The notes below the pieces were generated by a model. That model searched no databases. It was not told where the DNA came from and saw nothing but the letters and a program-made list of their open reading frames with translations. DNA of 47,343 nt from Minisyncoccia bacterium. GTDB lineage: Bacteria > Patescibacteriota > Minisyncoccia > JACQLN01. The position numbers and the translations under genes are program-made. This document shows, piece by piece, positions 31,396 through 41,269 of the stretch. Positions within the stretch are counted from its first letter, which is position 1. The number at the start of each line of letters is the position of its first letter. Location of the stretch: the NCBI GenBank assembly GCA_049274895.1, contig JBASTM010000014.1, positions 1 to 47,343 of the forward strand, written 5' to 3'.

Positions 31396-31435
31396 AGTTA
31401 AAACAGTCTAGCAGAAATTGACTGTTTGATAAACG

Positions 31436-32740
31436 TTAAAACTCTCCTTCAGCCAGTTTTATGGCGCTGTCCTCTAAAAGATAAAGTTTGGAGTCTTTGG
31501 ACAGATAATTTATAACAGACACGGTTTCGGGCCAGAGTGCCAAGTTGACTTGGTCACGAGCGTCTAGTTCTACCACTTTAAGATTTTGATTTTCCAAGAA
31601 GATCAAATGCTCGCTCTGGCTGTGCCAGTAAAGGTCAGATATACTGTCGGACGACTCATAAATAGTTTCCTGATCGCCTGATTTTTTTAAGGGCTGTTCG
31701 GTTGTATCTTTCAGCCACATCACACCCAGAGTATTGTTGTCGGTATAGGCGACTTTGGCGCCGTCGGGTGAGATCAAAACGCGTTGGGGCCGGAACTTGG
31801 TTTGACCTAAAAGCGAAACGTTTTCCACGGCCGAATCCATCAACAACAGAATATCGGGATTTTTAAGGGCGATGATTTTGTTGCCGTAAGCATCAAAATC
31901 AATTACATCACTTAGGGCCAAATCGGTCACCGTTTCCTCGGCGATATTCAATTGAAAGACTTTACCTTCTAATAGTATTAACAGATTGTTGTCGTCCACA
32001 AACCAGAGTATTTTAGCCGGGGTGAATTTGGTGGGCAAAGGCAGAGTGCTGGGCTGTTTGACCACGATTTTTCTTTCGTAAAGCAACGTGAGATTGGTCA
32101 GTTTTTGTGTTGGGGCGTCCCAAATGTACCAGCTGGTTTGTAACGCCGCGACGCGTGAAAAAATAAATTTTCTGGAGTTGGCCGACCAGCCCTGATTATT
32201 TTTTGGCAGCTCGATGTTCTTGGTTTTTATTTTATCGGCAAAGGCCAGTGGTGTGGCGGTGGCGTTAGGATTGTCCAAATCGCGGATAACTATCTTGGCC
32301 GTATCCATCTTTACCGCCATAAGTTCTTGGTTGGGGGAGACGCTAAAGTCAGTTAAAGCCGGTTCCGACCGCAGAGTTTGGAGAGATAATTTTTCCGGAA
32401 ACAGTATTATATTTTCGGCTTCAGTTACTAAACCGGGCGTGACTTCAAATTCCTTTTGCCAAGGTTGGTAGCCGGTTTTGGCCACTTGGGCTTGGTATTT
32501 TCGCAGAGGCAAAAGGTTTTTTATTAAGGCCGCCGTGGTTTGGTTGGTTGGTTTGGCATTGATGGAGATTTCGGCATCGGCTGGCGTCAGAGTCTTAAGG
32601 TAGACGCCGCCGGTGGCCAGCGGGCGGTTAGTTTCAAAATCCCAGCGGTAACCGCGGGCGTAGGCGAGCAGTATAAAACCGATAATCAAAAAAGCCGCAA
32701 TAGCCAATCCCAACAAAATTCGGCGGGTTTTACGGGTCAT
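31436..32740 (-). CDS. Membrane-anchored PEGA-domain / beta-propeller-like protein
   Basis: Internal ATG at 32740 (MTRKTRRILLGLAIAAFLIIGF). PEGA-like segment ...AEISINAKPTNQ...VAKTGYQPWQKEFEV. Confidence 0.6.
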   Translation of the reverse strand: MTRKTRRILLGLAIAAFLIIGFILLAYARGYRWDFETNRPLATGGVYLKTLTPADAEISINAKPTNQTTAALIKNLLPLRKYQAQVAKTGYQPWQKEFEVTPGLVTEAENIILFPEKLSLQTLRSEPALTDFSVSPNQELMAVKMDTAKIVIRDLDNPNATATPLAFADKIKTKNIELPKNNQGWSANSRKFIFSRVAALQTSWYIWDAPTQKLTNLTLLYERKIVVKQPSTLPLPTKFTPAKILWFVDDNNLLILLEGKVFQLNIAEETVTDLALSDVIDFDAYGNKIIALKNPDILLLMDSAVENVSLLGQTKFRPQRVLISPDGAKVAYTDNNTLGVMWLKDTTEQPLKKSGDQETIYESSDSISDLYWHSQSEHLIFLENQNLKVVELDARDQVNLALWPETVSVINYLSKDSKLYLLEDSAIKLAEGEF

Positions 32741-32814
32741 TTTGGTCTTATAAAAAATAGCACACCCGGATTCATTTGAAAAATAAGCAGGCGGTGCTAG
32801 GATGGTTCCGTAAC

Positions 32815-33819
32815 ATGGCAATAAAAATCGGCATAGATCTAGGCACAGCCAACACTTTGGTTTACGTGCCGCCCAAAGGCATTGTCATCAACGAACCTTC
32901 GGTGGTGGCGATTAGTTTGGACGACAATAAAATTATGGCCGTGGGCGCGGCGGCCAAAGAAATGATCGGCCGCACGCCCGAAAACATAATGGCCGTGCGC
33001 CCGGTCAAAGACGGCGTCATCGCCGATTACCGCATCACCGAGGCGATGATCCGGCATTTTATTAAAAAAATAACCGGCCGGTTCAGTTTTTTCAGGCCCG
33101 AAGTGATGGTAGCCGTGCCGGCCGGCATAACCTCCACCGAGCGCCGGGCGGTGGTGGAGGCCACGCTCAAGGCCGGAGCCAAAGCGGCTTATGTGGTCAA
33201 AGAACCGATTCTGGCGGCTTTGGGCGCGGGCATTCCCATCAACGAGCCCTCGGGGCATATGATTATAGATATCGGCGGCGGCACCACCGAGGTGGCGGTG
33301 ATATCGCTGGGCGGGATTGTGGCTTGGGCTTCGGCCAAGGTGGGCGGCAACGCTCTGGATGCGGCTATTCAAAATTACATCCATAAGGTTCATAATTTAG
33401 CCGTGGGCGAACGCACCGCCGAGCAGATAAAAATCACCCTGGGTTCGGCCATCCCTCAAAAAGAAGAAGAAATTTTAGAAATAAGAGGCCGCGACCTGGT
33501 GGCGGGCTTGCCCAAAACCATAGAACTCCACGCTAACGAAATTCCCAAAGCCATCAAAGACACGCTGGGCGAGGTGATCAAAACGGTTAAAAAAGTCTTG
33601 CAAGAAACGCCGCCCGAACTGGCCGCCGACGTGATGGACAAAGGTATGATACTTTCGGGCGGCACGGCCCTCTTGAGGAATCTGGACAGTTTGATAATCC
33701 AGGAAACCGGCGTGCCCTGCTATGTGGCCGACGAGCCGTTGTTTTGCGTGGCCAAAGGCACGGGCATAGCGCTGGAAAATTTGGAACTTTATAAAAGAGC
33801 GTTGTTTGCCAAGCGATAA
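32815..33819 (+). CDS. mreB: MreB-like actin homolog (paralog 1)
   Basis: Internal ATG at 32815. IGIDLGTANTLVYV, DIGGGTTEVAVISLGG, GGTALLRNLD. Confidence 0.85.
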   Translation: MAIKIGIDLGTANTLVYVPPKGIVINEPSVVAISLDDNKIMAVGAAAKEMIGRTPENIMAVRPVKDGVIADYRITEAMIRHFIKKITGRFSFFRPEVMVAVPAGITSTERRAVVEATLKAGAKAAYVVKEPILAALGAGIPINEPSGHMIIDIGGGTTEVAVISLGGIVAWASAKVGGNALDAAIQNYIHKVHNLAVGERTAEQIKITLGSAIPQKEEEILEIRGRDLVAGLPKTIELHANEIPKAIKDTLGEVIKTVKKVLQETPPELAADVMDKGMILSGGTALLRNLDSLIIQETGVPCYVADEPLFCVAKGTGIALENLELYKRALFAKR

Positions 33820-33850
33820 CTATAAGACTTATAGGTCTTATAAGTCCTAT
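33820..33850 (+). repeat. R2 9-nt repeat family, copy 3
   Basis: C TATAAGACT TATAGGTCT TATAAGTCC TAT-ATG fills the stop-to-start gap. Confidence 0.75.
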
Positions 33851-34588
33851 ATGACCTATCAAAGGCAGTTAAATTATTTGGATTTGGTTCTTAAAAACGG
33901 TCGCGCGCCCCACGCTTTTTTGTTTTACGGCCGGGACGCGGCTTTTCAAAAAAAGACGGCCGTTGATTTTTTAATCCGGCTCAACGGGTCAAAGGAAGCC
34001 GACGCGATTAAGGCCGGAATTCATCCGGATACTTTTTTCGCGCGCCGCTCTCAAGATAAAAAAGACATAACCATTGCCCAGATTCGCGACCTCAAAAGTT
34101 TTGTTTCGCGCACCCCCGTCAGTTTGGAACATAAAGGAGTGTTCGTGGAAGAGGCCCAATATCTTAACGAGGAGGCCTGGAACGCCCTCTTAAAGACTTT
34201 GGAGGAGCCGGCCCCCCATGCCGTCATTTTTATTTTAAGTTCTTCTGTTAAGAACATACCCTCAACCATAATTTCCCGGGTGGTCAGTTTGCCATTTTCC
34301 AATTCCGTTCTTAATCCGCCTTCAGTAAAAGATGATATAATTATTGATAAGCTGGCGGAGTTGGAAAATTTGTCGGCGGCGGACAGGTTTGATTTGGCCG
34401 AAGATCTAGCCAAAAAAGAAAACTTGGCGGAGATTATGGATCACTGGCTGTTGGCTTTAAGAACCGAGATGTTAAAAAACAATTTTCCTCCGAACAAGTT
34501 AGCAGCGGCGGCCGCCACCAAAGATATTTTATTATCCACCAACGCCAACGCCCGCCTGGCGCTGGAAAGTCTTTTTCTTAAATTTTAA
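33851..34588 (+). CDS. holB: DNA polymerase III delta-prime-like clamp-loader subunit
   Basis: Internal ATG at 33851. HAFLFYG with a degenerate P-loop, and EEAWNALLKTLEEPAPHAVIFILSS. Confidence 0.7.
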   Translation: MTYQRQLNYLDLVLKNGRAPHAFLFYGRDAAFQKKTAVDFLIRLNGSKEADAIKAGIHPDTFFARRSQDKKDITIAQIRDLKSFVSRTPVSLEHKGVFVEEAQYLNEEAWNALLKTLEEPAPHAVIFILSSSVKNIPSTIISRVVSLPFSNSVLNPPSVKDDIIIDKLAELENLSAADRFDLAEDLAKKENLAEIMDHWLLALRTEMLKNNFPPNKLAAAAATKDILLSTNANARLALESLFLKF

Positions 34589-35673
34589 TGGCCAACATCC
34601 TAAAGTTCATCGTTTTTTTGGCGATAGTCATTGCCATTGGAACTTTCGCGGTTAATTTTTATTTTGGCAACCTGCTGACGCCCCAAGGCGGATTTTTTAT
34701 AAGTGTTGACAAAGGGTCCACTTGGCAGAAGTTCGGCGTTTTGGACGACGGCGGGAACATCAACCGGCTCAACGTAACCGACTTAAAGCATAACCCCAAA
34801 GATTCGCGGATTTTATACGCCGCCACTCTGGGCAACGGCATTTACAAAAGTGTTAACGGCGGGGAAAAGTGGCACAAACTGGCCGACGCCAATAAAATCC
34901 TTGATTCGCATGCCGATGTTTACAGCGTGGCTGTTGACCCTGACTTGCCCGATTACAAAAATAAAATTCCGGACAGGTTTTATTTGGGAATATATCAAAA
35001 CAACTTCGGGCGGGTGCTTAAAACCGAAGATGGCGGCCTATCTTTCAAGGAGGTCTACATCGCGGCCAAATCAAAGCGTCCGGTTTTTGACGTTAAAATT
35101 GATCCCTACCGCGCCAATGTGGTCTGGGCCGCCACCGGCGAGGGTCTGTTGCTTAAAAGCGAAAACTACGGCGAGACCTGGCGGTTGGTTCAGGAATTCG
35201 GCTCGGCCATCAATTCTTTTTTAATAAACCCGAAGAACGCAAACCAGCTTTTTGCGGCCACTTTTTTAAGAGGCATATTCACTTCGGCCGACGGCGGCTT
35301 AACTTGGGTGGACGAGAGTGAAACCTTAAGCAAGTTTCCGGGTTCTAAAAATATAACCGGCGTTTCCAGAAACCCGGCAGATGGGCGGATTTATTTGGGA
35401 ACCAGGTTCGGCTTGTTACGGTCGGGTGATTTCGGCGTAAATTGGGAACCGGTGAACGTTATTTTCCCCAACGAGGCCCTGCCGGTTTTGGACGCGGCTT
35501 TCGGCGGCCCGGGTTCCGCCGATGTGTATGTGTCGCTGGCCAATCTTGTTTACAGCACCAAAGACGGCGGCCGGTTTTGGCAGGTGCGCAAACTGGGCAC
35601 TAGCAAAAAGATCAACGTCTTATGGGTGGATCCTAAAAATACGAACCGTGTAATTGCCGGCGCCGGCAAATAA
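34588..35673 (+). CDS. Membrane-anchored BNR/Asp-box-like repeat beta-propeller protein
   Basis: 361 aa. N-terminal TM. About seven repeats of D/N-G-G-x-x-W (DKGSTWQ, NGGEKWH, NYGETWR, DGGLTWV, DGGRFWQ...). Confidence 0.6.
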   Translation: MANILKFIVFLAIVIAIGTFAVNFYFGNLLTPQGGFFISVDKGSTWQKFGVLDDGGNINRLNVTDLKHNPKDSRILYAATLGNGIYKSVNGGEKWHKLADANKILDSHADVYSVAVDPDLPDYKNKIPDRFYLGIYQNNFGRVLKTEDGGLSFKEVYIAAKSKRPVFDVKIDPYRANVVWAATGEGLLLKSENYGETWRLVQEFGSAINSFLINPKNANQLFAATFLRGIFTSADGGLTWVDESETLSKFPGSKNITGVSRNPADGRIYLGTRFGLLRSGDFGVNWEPVNVIFPNEALPVLDAAFGGPGSADVYVSLANLVYSTKDGGRFWQVRKLGTSKKINVLWVDPKNTNRVIAGAGK

Positions 35674-35683
35674 AAAATAAAAA

Positions 35684-36214
35684 ATGGAAGCGCAAGATTT
35701 CAAAAACAAACTAAAAGAGACGGCGGGGTTTTTATCGACGGAACTCGCCAAAATAAGAAGCAGCCGGGCCAGCCCGGCTTTGGTGGAAGATATTTGGGTG
35801 GATTATTACGGCGCCAAAACTCAACTTAAGGGCTTGGCCAGCATCAGTTCGGCCGACGCCCGCACGATAGTGGTGGAACCGTGGGATAAAAATGCCGTGG
35901 ATGCCATTTTCAAAGCCCTGTCGCAGGGCGGCTTGGGGGCGCAGCCCATTGTGGACGGCAGTAAAATAAGAATAAGCTTGCCGCCGCTAACGCAGGAGCG
36001 GCGGTTGGAGATGGTTAAACAAGTTTCGCAAAAAATGGAAGAGGCCAAAATCCGGGCGCGCCGAGCGCGCGACGAGGCCGTTAAAAGCATCCAGCAGGAA
36101 AAATCCGAAGACATCAAATTCCGCAAGAAAGAGGAAATAGAAAAGGCGATGAAGGAAAATGGGCAGGTTCTGGAGGAGTTAAAGGAAAAGAAAGAAAAAG
36201 AGTTGATGAGCTGA
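35684..36214 (+). CDS. frr: Ribosome recycling factor
   Basis: 176 aa. IRSSRASPALVEDIWVDYYGAKTQLKGLASIS..., PPLTQERR. Confidence 0.95.
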   Translation: MEAQDFKNKLKETAGFLSTELAKIRSSRASPALVEDIWVDYYGAKTQLKGLASISSADARTIVVEPWDKNAVDAIFKALSQGGLGAQPIVDGSKIRISLPPLTQERRLEMVKQVSQKMEEAKIRARRARDEAVKSIQQEKSEDIKFRKKEEIEKAMKENGQVLEELKEKKEKELMS

Positions 36215-36261
36215 ATTTCCCAAGCCTGGCTTAGGCAACCTAAGCCAGGCTTGGGTGTTAG

Positions 36262-36284
36262 TGTCAAACATTGGATGTTTGACA
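36262..36284 (+). repeat. R3 hairpin copy 2 (TGTCAAACATTGGATGTTTGACA)
   Basis: Part of a run of four hairpins: 36219-36255, 36262-36284, 36307-36321, and 36344-36361 (the last with a T-tract). Confidence 0.8.
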
Positions 36285-36382
36285 TAGGTTAATACGTCGT
36301 TGTTGACCCCGCTTAGCGGGGTTGACCCTTGGTTTGCTTCGGCAGACCGGGGGTCTTTTTTAATTATAAAAATTTGTATGTT

Positions 36383-37474
36383 ATGCTTGTTTTGTTTATG
36401 ACCATTCTGGTTTTTTTAATTGTCTTGTCAGTTTTGGTTTTGGCCCATGAATGGGGCCATTTTGTAACTGCCCGCCGGGCCGGGGCCAGGGTGGAGGAGT
36501 TTGGGTTTGGCTTTCCGCCCAAAGTTTTTTCTTTAACCAGAAACGGTACCATTTTTTCTTTTAACCTTATTCCTTTCGGCGGGTTTGTTAAAATTTTTGG
36601 CGAAAACGGCCAAGACCGCAACGAACCGGGCAGTTTCGGTTATTTGAAAATATCCCAAAGAGCCAAAATACTGGTGGCCGGTGTGGCTATGAATGTGGTT
36701 TTGGCTTTCGCGCTTTTGAGTATTATCAATCTGATGGGCCGGCCGGCTATTATTGACGATGCCAATATCCACTTGGCGCGCGATGTTAACATTCAGATTT
36801 TGGAAGTGGCTTCCGGCTCGCCGGCCGAAAAAGTCGGTTTGAGGGCTGGTGACATTATTAGCGGTGCCACTAGCGGTGGTTCGGTGCGGGAATTTGAAGA
36901 CGTCTCTGGATTCAAGAGTTTTATTGACAGCGTGGCCGGTCGCGAGATTGAGCTTGGCATTAAGCGGGGCGGCAATCGTCTGACCATACAAATTATTCCC
37001 CGAACGAATCCGCCGGCCGAAGAAGGCGCCTTGGGGGTCAGTCTCGCCCGAATCGGTATCATTAAATCGCCTGGGTATCTCTTTTGGTGGAACGGACTTA
37101 AAGATACGGCGGTAATGATCGGCATTATAGCTTCGGCTTTGTTTTTATTTTTTAAGACTTTGATTTTGGAGGGGCGATTGATGGGCGAGGTGGCCGGACC
37201 CATCGGCATCGCCGCTTTAACCGGCCAGGCCTACACGCTGGGTTTGGCTTACTTATTAAATCTGGTGGCCGTGCTTTCGGTGAATCTGGCTATACTCAAC
37301 ATTCTGCCTTTTCCGGCTTTGGATGGTGGTCGCCTCTTATTTTTAGCTATTGAAAAAATTAAGGGCTCGCCGGTGAGCCATAAAATTGAAAACGCCGTCA
37401 ATGCCGCCGGTTTCGTTCTGCTCTTGGCCTTAATGGCTTTTGTGACCTGGCAAGACATTGCTAAGTTTTTTTGA
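36383..37474 (+). CDS. rseP: Site-2 (M50/RseP-type) zinc metalloprotease with PDZ domain
   Basis: Internal ATG at 36383. HEWGHF (HExxH), PDZ-like GLRAGDII, C-terminal NILPFPALDGG. Confidence 0.85.
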   Translation: MLVLFMTILVFLIVLSVLVLAHEWGHFVTARRAGARVEEFGFGFPPKVFSLTRNGTIFSFNLIPFGGFVKIFGENGQDRNEPGSFGYLKISQRAKILVAGVAMNVVLAFALLSIINLMGRPAIIDDANIHLARDVNIQILEVASGSPAEKVGLRAGDIISGATSGGSVREFEDVSGFKSFIDSVAGREIELGIKRGGNRLTIQIIPRTNPPAEEGALGVSLARIGIIKSPGYLFWWNGLKDTAVMIGIIASALFLFFKTLILEGRLMGEVAGPIGIAALTGQAYTLGLAYLLNLVAVLSVNLAILNILPFPALDGGRLLFLAIEKIKGSPVSHKIENAVNAAGFVLLLALMAFVTWQDIAKFF

Positions 37475-37684
37475 TATCACATAAACAAACCCCTTCGCTA
37501 CGCTCGAATCCCCAGCGAGGATTCTCACTGATGCGTCGGCCTCACTCTCCCCTCGTAAAACCTCGGGGAACCCTGCCCGTTCGGCCGACGAATCAGCTCA
37601 GGAGTTTATTTATATTTTTAACAAGTTAGCAGAACCGCTCCGGAATGGTGTTTTGATTTTTTTAGGCGGGGTGCTAGGATTTAA

Positions 37685-37852
37685 GGGCTTTGTCTAAAAA
37701 ATGGAGCGAAGTGAACATTTTTTAGCTACAAAACCTTACCCAGCACCTTTTAGATGTATAAATATCTTTACCTTGAAAAGGTGCTGGATGCTCAATTTTA
37801 TAACTAATCACTCGTCGCGCCTGACGCGATTTCACTCTTAGACAAAATTGGC
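37685..37852 (+). repeat. Structured element homologous to the secD-secF spacer element, upstream of proS
   Basis: Hairpin 37694-37725 with loop GAGCGAAGTGAA. Stem 37740-37751 / 37776-37787. Then GCTCAATTTTA...ACAAAATTGGC-ATG. Confidence 0.7.
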
Positions 37853-39115
37853 ATGCGTTACTCTCAATTTTTTATAAATACCCTGCGTTCTGATCCTAAG
37901 GACGAAACTTCCGTGAACGCTCGGTTGCTGTTGCGGGGCGGGTTTATGGACAAGCTGATGGCCGGCTCGTACACTTTTTTGCCTTTGGGCTGGCGGGTTT
38001 ATCAAAAAATAGAAGAGATTGTGCGTCAAGAAATGAACGCTATCGGCGGCGGCGAGGTGTTGATGCCGCTCTTGCATCCCAAAGACATTTGGAACGAAAC
38101 CGGCCGCTGGAGCGACCCGGGCGTTAAAGAAATAATGTACCAATTCAAATCGGCCGACGGCCGGGAATACGGGCTGTCGTTTACGCACGAAGAGATTTTT
38201 TTGGATATCGTCCGCAAGCGATCGCTAAGCTATAAAAATCTGCCGGTCAAGCTGTATCATTTTTCCACCAAATTCAGGAACGAGCCGCGGGCCAAATCCG
38301 GCCTGTTGCGCGGGCGCGAATTTATAATGAAAGACCTTTACAGCCTGCACGCCACCGAGGAAGATCTGGACAATTTTTACTGGCAAATCAGGGATGCCTA
38401 TTTAAGGGTTTTTGAACGGCTGGGCTTAAAAAAAGTCAAAGTGGTGGAGGCCTCGGGCGGCGTGTTCACTTCGGGCCACACCCACGAGTTTCAAGTTATC
38501 CATCCGGTGGGCGAAGACACGATTTATCACTGCGCTAAATGCGATTGGGCTCACAATAAAGAAATACACGTCCATAAAGTCGGCGCCAAATGCCCCGAAT
38601 GCGGTGGAGAAGTTGAAACGGCCAGCTCCATTGAAATTGGCAATATTTTTAGATTTGGCACGGTCTATTCGGAAAAAATGAAAGTCAACTTCAAAGATTC
38701 CACCGGTCAATCCCAACCCGTTTACTTAGGCAGCTACGGCATCGGCATGAGCCGCCTGGTGGGAACTTTGGCGGAAATATTCCACGATGAGGCCGGATTG
38801 GTCTGGCCGGAGAGCGCGGCGCCATTTTTAATTCATCTGGTATCGCTAAATAATACTAAAAGCCAGGCCGAGCAGCTGTATCAATCTTTGATTAAGAAAG
38901 CGTCTGACGTTTTATGGGATGATCGCGACGAATCGCCCGGCGTAAAATTGGCGGATGCCGATTTAATCGGCGCGCCTTTTAGAGTGGTGGTCAGCGACAA
39001 GACATTGGCTTCTGACAGTGTAGAAGTCAAAAGACGTGCTAGCCAGAAAGTGGAGTTGGTTAAGTCGGGTGAGCTAGCGGAGTGGGTTAAAGTAAATTCC
39101 AAATCACAAATATGA
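37853..39115 (+). CDS. proS: Prolyl-tRNA synthetase, short form without INS editing domain, with a CxxC...CxxC insert
   Basis: 420 aa. SVNARLLLRGGF, FRNEPRAKSGLLRGREFIMKD (motif 2), HCAKCDW...KCPECGG, GSYGIGMSR (motif 3). Confidence 0.9.
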   Translation: MRYSQFFINTLRSDPKDETSVNARLLLRGGFMDKLMAGSYTFLPLGWRVYQKIEEIVRQEMNAIGGGEVLMPLLHPKDIWNETGRWSDPGVKEIMYQFKSADGREYGLSFTHEEIFLDIVRKRSLSYKNLPVKLYHFSTKFRNEPRAKSGLLRGREFIMKDLYSLHATEEDLDNFYWQIRDAYLRVFERLGLKKVKVVEASGGVFTSGHTHEFQVIHPVGEDTIYHCAKCDWAHNKEIHVHKVGAKCPECGGEVETASSIEIGNIFRFGTVYSEKMKVNFKDSTGQSQPVYLGSYGIGMSRLVGTLAEIFHDEAGLVWPESAAPFLIHLVSLNNTKSQAEQLYQSLIKKASDVLWDDRDESPGVKLADADLIGAPFRVVVSDKTLASDSVEVKRRASQKVELVKSGELAEWVKVNSKSQI

Positions 39116-39136
39116 TTTGGTGCTTGTTATTTAACC

Positions 39137-40198
39137 ATGTATTTTCTCAATAGGATTTTTGGTCATTTTGCCAAAGATATCGGTGTTGATCTGGGCACGG
39201 TCAACACCCTTATTTATGTTAAGGGCCGGGGCATCGTTGTCAATGAGCCGTCGCTGGTGGCCATAAACAAAAAAACCGGCCAGGTTTTGGCCATCGGCCG
39301 CGAAGCCAGAAAAATGGTCGGCCGCACGCCCGGTCATATCGCCGCCATAAAGCCGCTGGTTGACGGCGTGATTTCCGATTTTGAAGTTACCGAACAGATG
39401 CTTAGGTATTTTTTTCAAAAAGTCCATGGTGATTCTTTTTATATGGTGCCTCGCCCGCGGGTGGTGATTGGCATTCCTTCGGGCGTGACCGAGGTGGAAA
39501 AGAAAGCAGTGGAGGAAGCCGCCCGCAACGCCGGCGCCCGCGAGGTGATGCTGATAGAAGAGCCGGTGGCGGCGGCCTTGGGCGCGCGTTTGCCGGTGCA
39601 GGAAGCTTTGGGCAATATGATTGTGGATATCGGCGGCGGTACTACCGAGGTGGCGGTGATATCCTTGGGCGGTTTGGTGGCGGTGCGCAGTTTAAGGGTG
39701 GCCGGCGAGAGATTAAACGAGGATATCATCCAACTCGCTAGGGAGGAGTATAATTTATTGCTGGGTCCGCGCACCGCCGAGGATGTCAAAATAGCCGTGG
39801 CGGCGGCGGTGGATCTAAATGAAAAATTGGAAACCACTATGCGCGGCCGCGACCTTATTACCGGTTTGCCCAAAGAGGTTGTCATTACATCTAAAGAGGT
39901 AAAAAGAGCCATAACTAAATCAGTGAAAATTTTAGTGGATGTGGTGCATGAAATTGTGGAGCAGACTCCGCCGGAGCTTTTGGGTGACATTATGAAACGG
40001 GGTATTGTCCTTGCCGGCGGCGGCAGCTTGTTGAGGGGTATCGACGAGTTGATCAATAAAGAGACGGGTATTGCTGTCAGAGTAACTGATGATCCGCTGA
40101 CCGCGGTGGCCCGAGGCACCGGCATTGTTTTAGAAGAGACCGAAAAATACCAAGAACTTTTAGCGGTCAAGGAGTACGCAACCACGCCCAGAGAGTAA
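39137..40198 (+). CDS. mreB: Rod shape-determining protein MreB (paralog 2, adjacent to mreC)
   Basis: 353 aa. IGVDLGTVNTLIYV, DIGGGTTEVAVISLGG, LAGGGSLLRGID. Confidence 0.9.
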   Translation: MYFLNRIFGHFAKDIGVDLGTVNTLIYVKGRGIVVNEPSLVAINKKTGQVLAIGREARKMVGRTPGHIAAIKPLVDGVISDFEVTEQMLRYFFQKVHGDSFYMVPRPRVVIGIPSGVTEVEKKAVEEAARNAGAREVMLIEEPVAAALGARLPVQEALGNMIVDIGGGTTEVAVISLGGLVAVRSLRVAGERLNEDIIQLAREEYNLLLGPRTAEDVKIAVAAAVDLNEKLETTMRGRDLITGLPKEVVITSKEVKRAITKSVKILVDVVHEIVEQTPPELLGDIMKRGIVLAGGGSLLRGIDELINKETGIAVRVTDDPLTAVARGTGIVLEETEKYQELLAVKEYATTPRE

Positions 40199-40212
40199 AT
40201 TGGGGTTTAATT

Positions 40213-41007
40213 ATGTTGAGATGGCAGAAAGTATTTTTATTTTCTTTGGTCTTTTTGGCCTTGTTCTTGGCGGACCGGGCCGGGTTTTTTAATTATACTT
40301 TTAATTTGATTCATCGCTGGGCGGTCAGCCCGGTCACCAGAACGGTGAGCTATTGGGGCGAAGAAAGTTTTTTTCTGTTTAAGAATGTTTTAGGAGTGAG
40401 AGGGTTGATTCGGGAAAATCTGTTTTTGAAGAATCAGCGGGATTTTTTTCGGGGTGAATATTTTAAGTTGGTGGAGACAAAAGAGGAAAACGAATTTTTA
40501 AGGCAGGCCCTGGACTTAAAGAAAGAAGGCGGTCGGAGAATGATTTTGGGCACCATTTTGTCTTTTGACCCTTTCCAGGCCGCCGATTCGCTTATTATAA
40601 ATAAAGGTCAAAAAGACGACGTGGTTGTTAATGATGTGGTGGTGCTGGCAGGCAATATCTTGGTGGGTTTGGTTAAGGATGTAAATCAAAAAGAAAGCCG
40701 GGTGCTTTTAGTAACCTCGCCCCAGAGCCGAGTGACTGTGGTTTCCGAAGATGACCGAGTCAAGGGGGTGGTGAATGGCTCGGCCAGCGGCGCTTTAACG
40801 TTGGATTTGGTGCTTAAAGAAGCCCAATTGAATCCGGGACAGATTTTACTAACTTCGGGCCTGGATGGTGTTTTTAGAAGGGGACTTTTGGTGGGAGAAG
40901 TTGCCAAAGTTACTCCCGACGCTTCGGCGCCATTCCAAAAAGCTTCGCTGCGGCCGTTCTTTAACCTGCGTGATTTGAAGCAGGTTTTTATAATGGTTTC
41001 CGAATAG
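40213..41007 (+). CDS. mreC: Rod shape-determining protein MreC
   Basis: 264 aa. N-terminal TM, coiled-coil region, and beta-barrel motifs (VVLAGNILVGLVKDV..., LTSGLDGVFRRGLLVGEV). Confidence 0.8.
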   Translation: MLRWQKVFLFSLVFLALFLADRAGFFNYTFNLIHRWAVSPVTRTVSYWGEESFFLFKNVLGVRGLIRENLFLKNQRDFFRGEYFKLVETKEENEFLRQALDLKKEGGRRMILGTILSFDPFQAADSLIINKGQKDDVVVNDVVVLAGNILVGLVKDVNQKESRVLLVTSPQSRVTVVSEDDRVKGVVNGSASGALTLDLVLKEAQLNPGQILLTSGLDGVFRRGLLVGEVAKVTPDASAPFQKASLRPFFNLRDLKQVFIMVSE

Positions 41008-41269
41008 ACCTGAACGAAATCAGTAGAATAAATATACTAGGGTATAATAAAAGTCCATATCAATGTTTATTAATGTAGCATTATCTTGCTCCAGCTTGAT
41101 TATGGTGTGGATAATATGGGCTTAAAGACTTGACTTTTTGATATTGATTTATTTTATTAAAAATGATGTAAAAAAACATTGATAGACGTTTTTGCATCTT
41201 AACAGGTTAATTTGCTTCTGTTTATTTTATTTGCTAACATTTGGGCAATAATAATTAAACTTAAAAAAA

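Noticed and set aside
37525-37600. Hammerhead-like CTGATG...CGAA motif in the rseP-proS spacer.
   Set aside because: It only partially matches the CUGAUGA / GAAA cores, and the required three-helix junction cannot be drawn.
37685-37852. T-box riboswitch upstream of proS (and of alaS).
   Set aside because: There is no AGGGTGGNACCGCG-type T-box sequence or specifier-loop architecture. The element is instead shared with the secD-secF spacer, which is not an aminoacyl-tRNA synthetase context.
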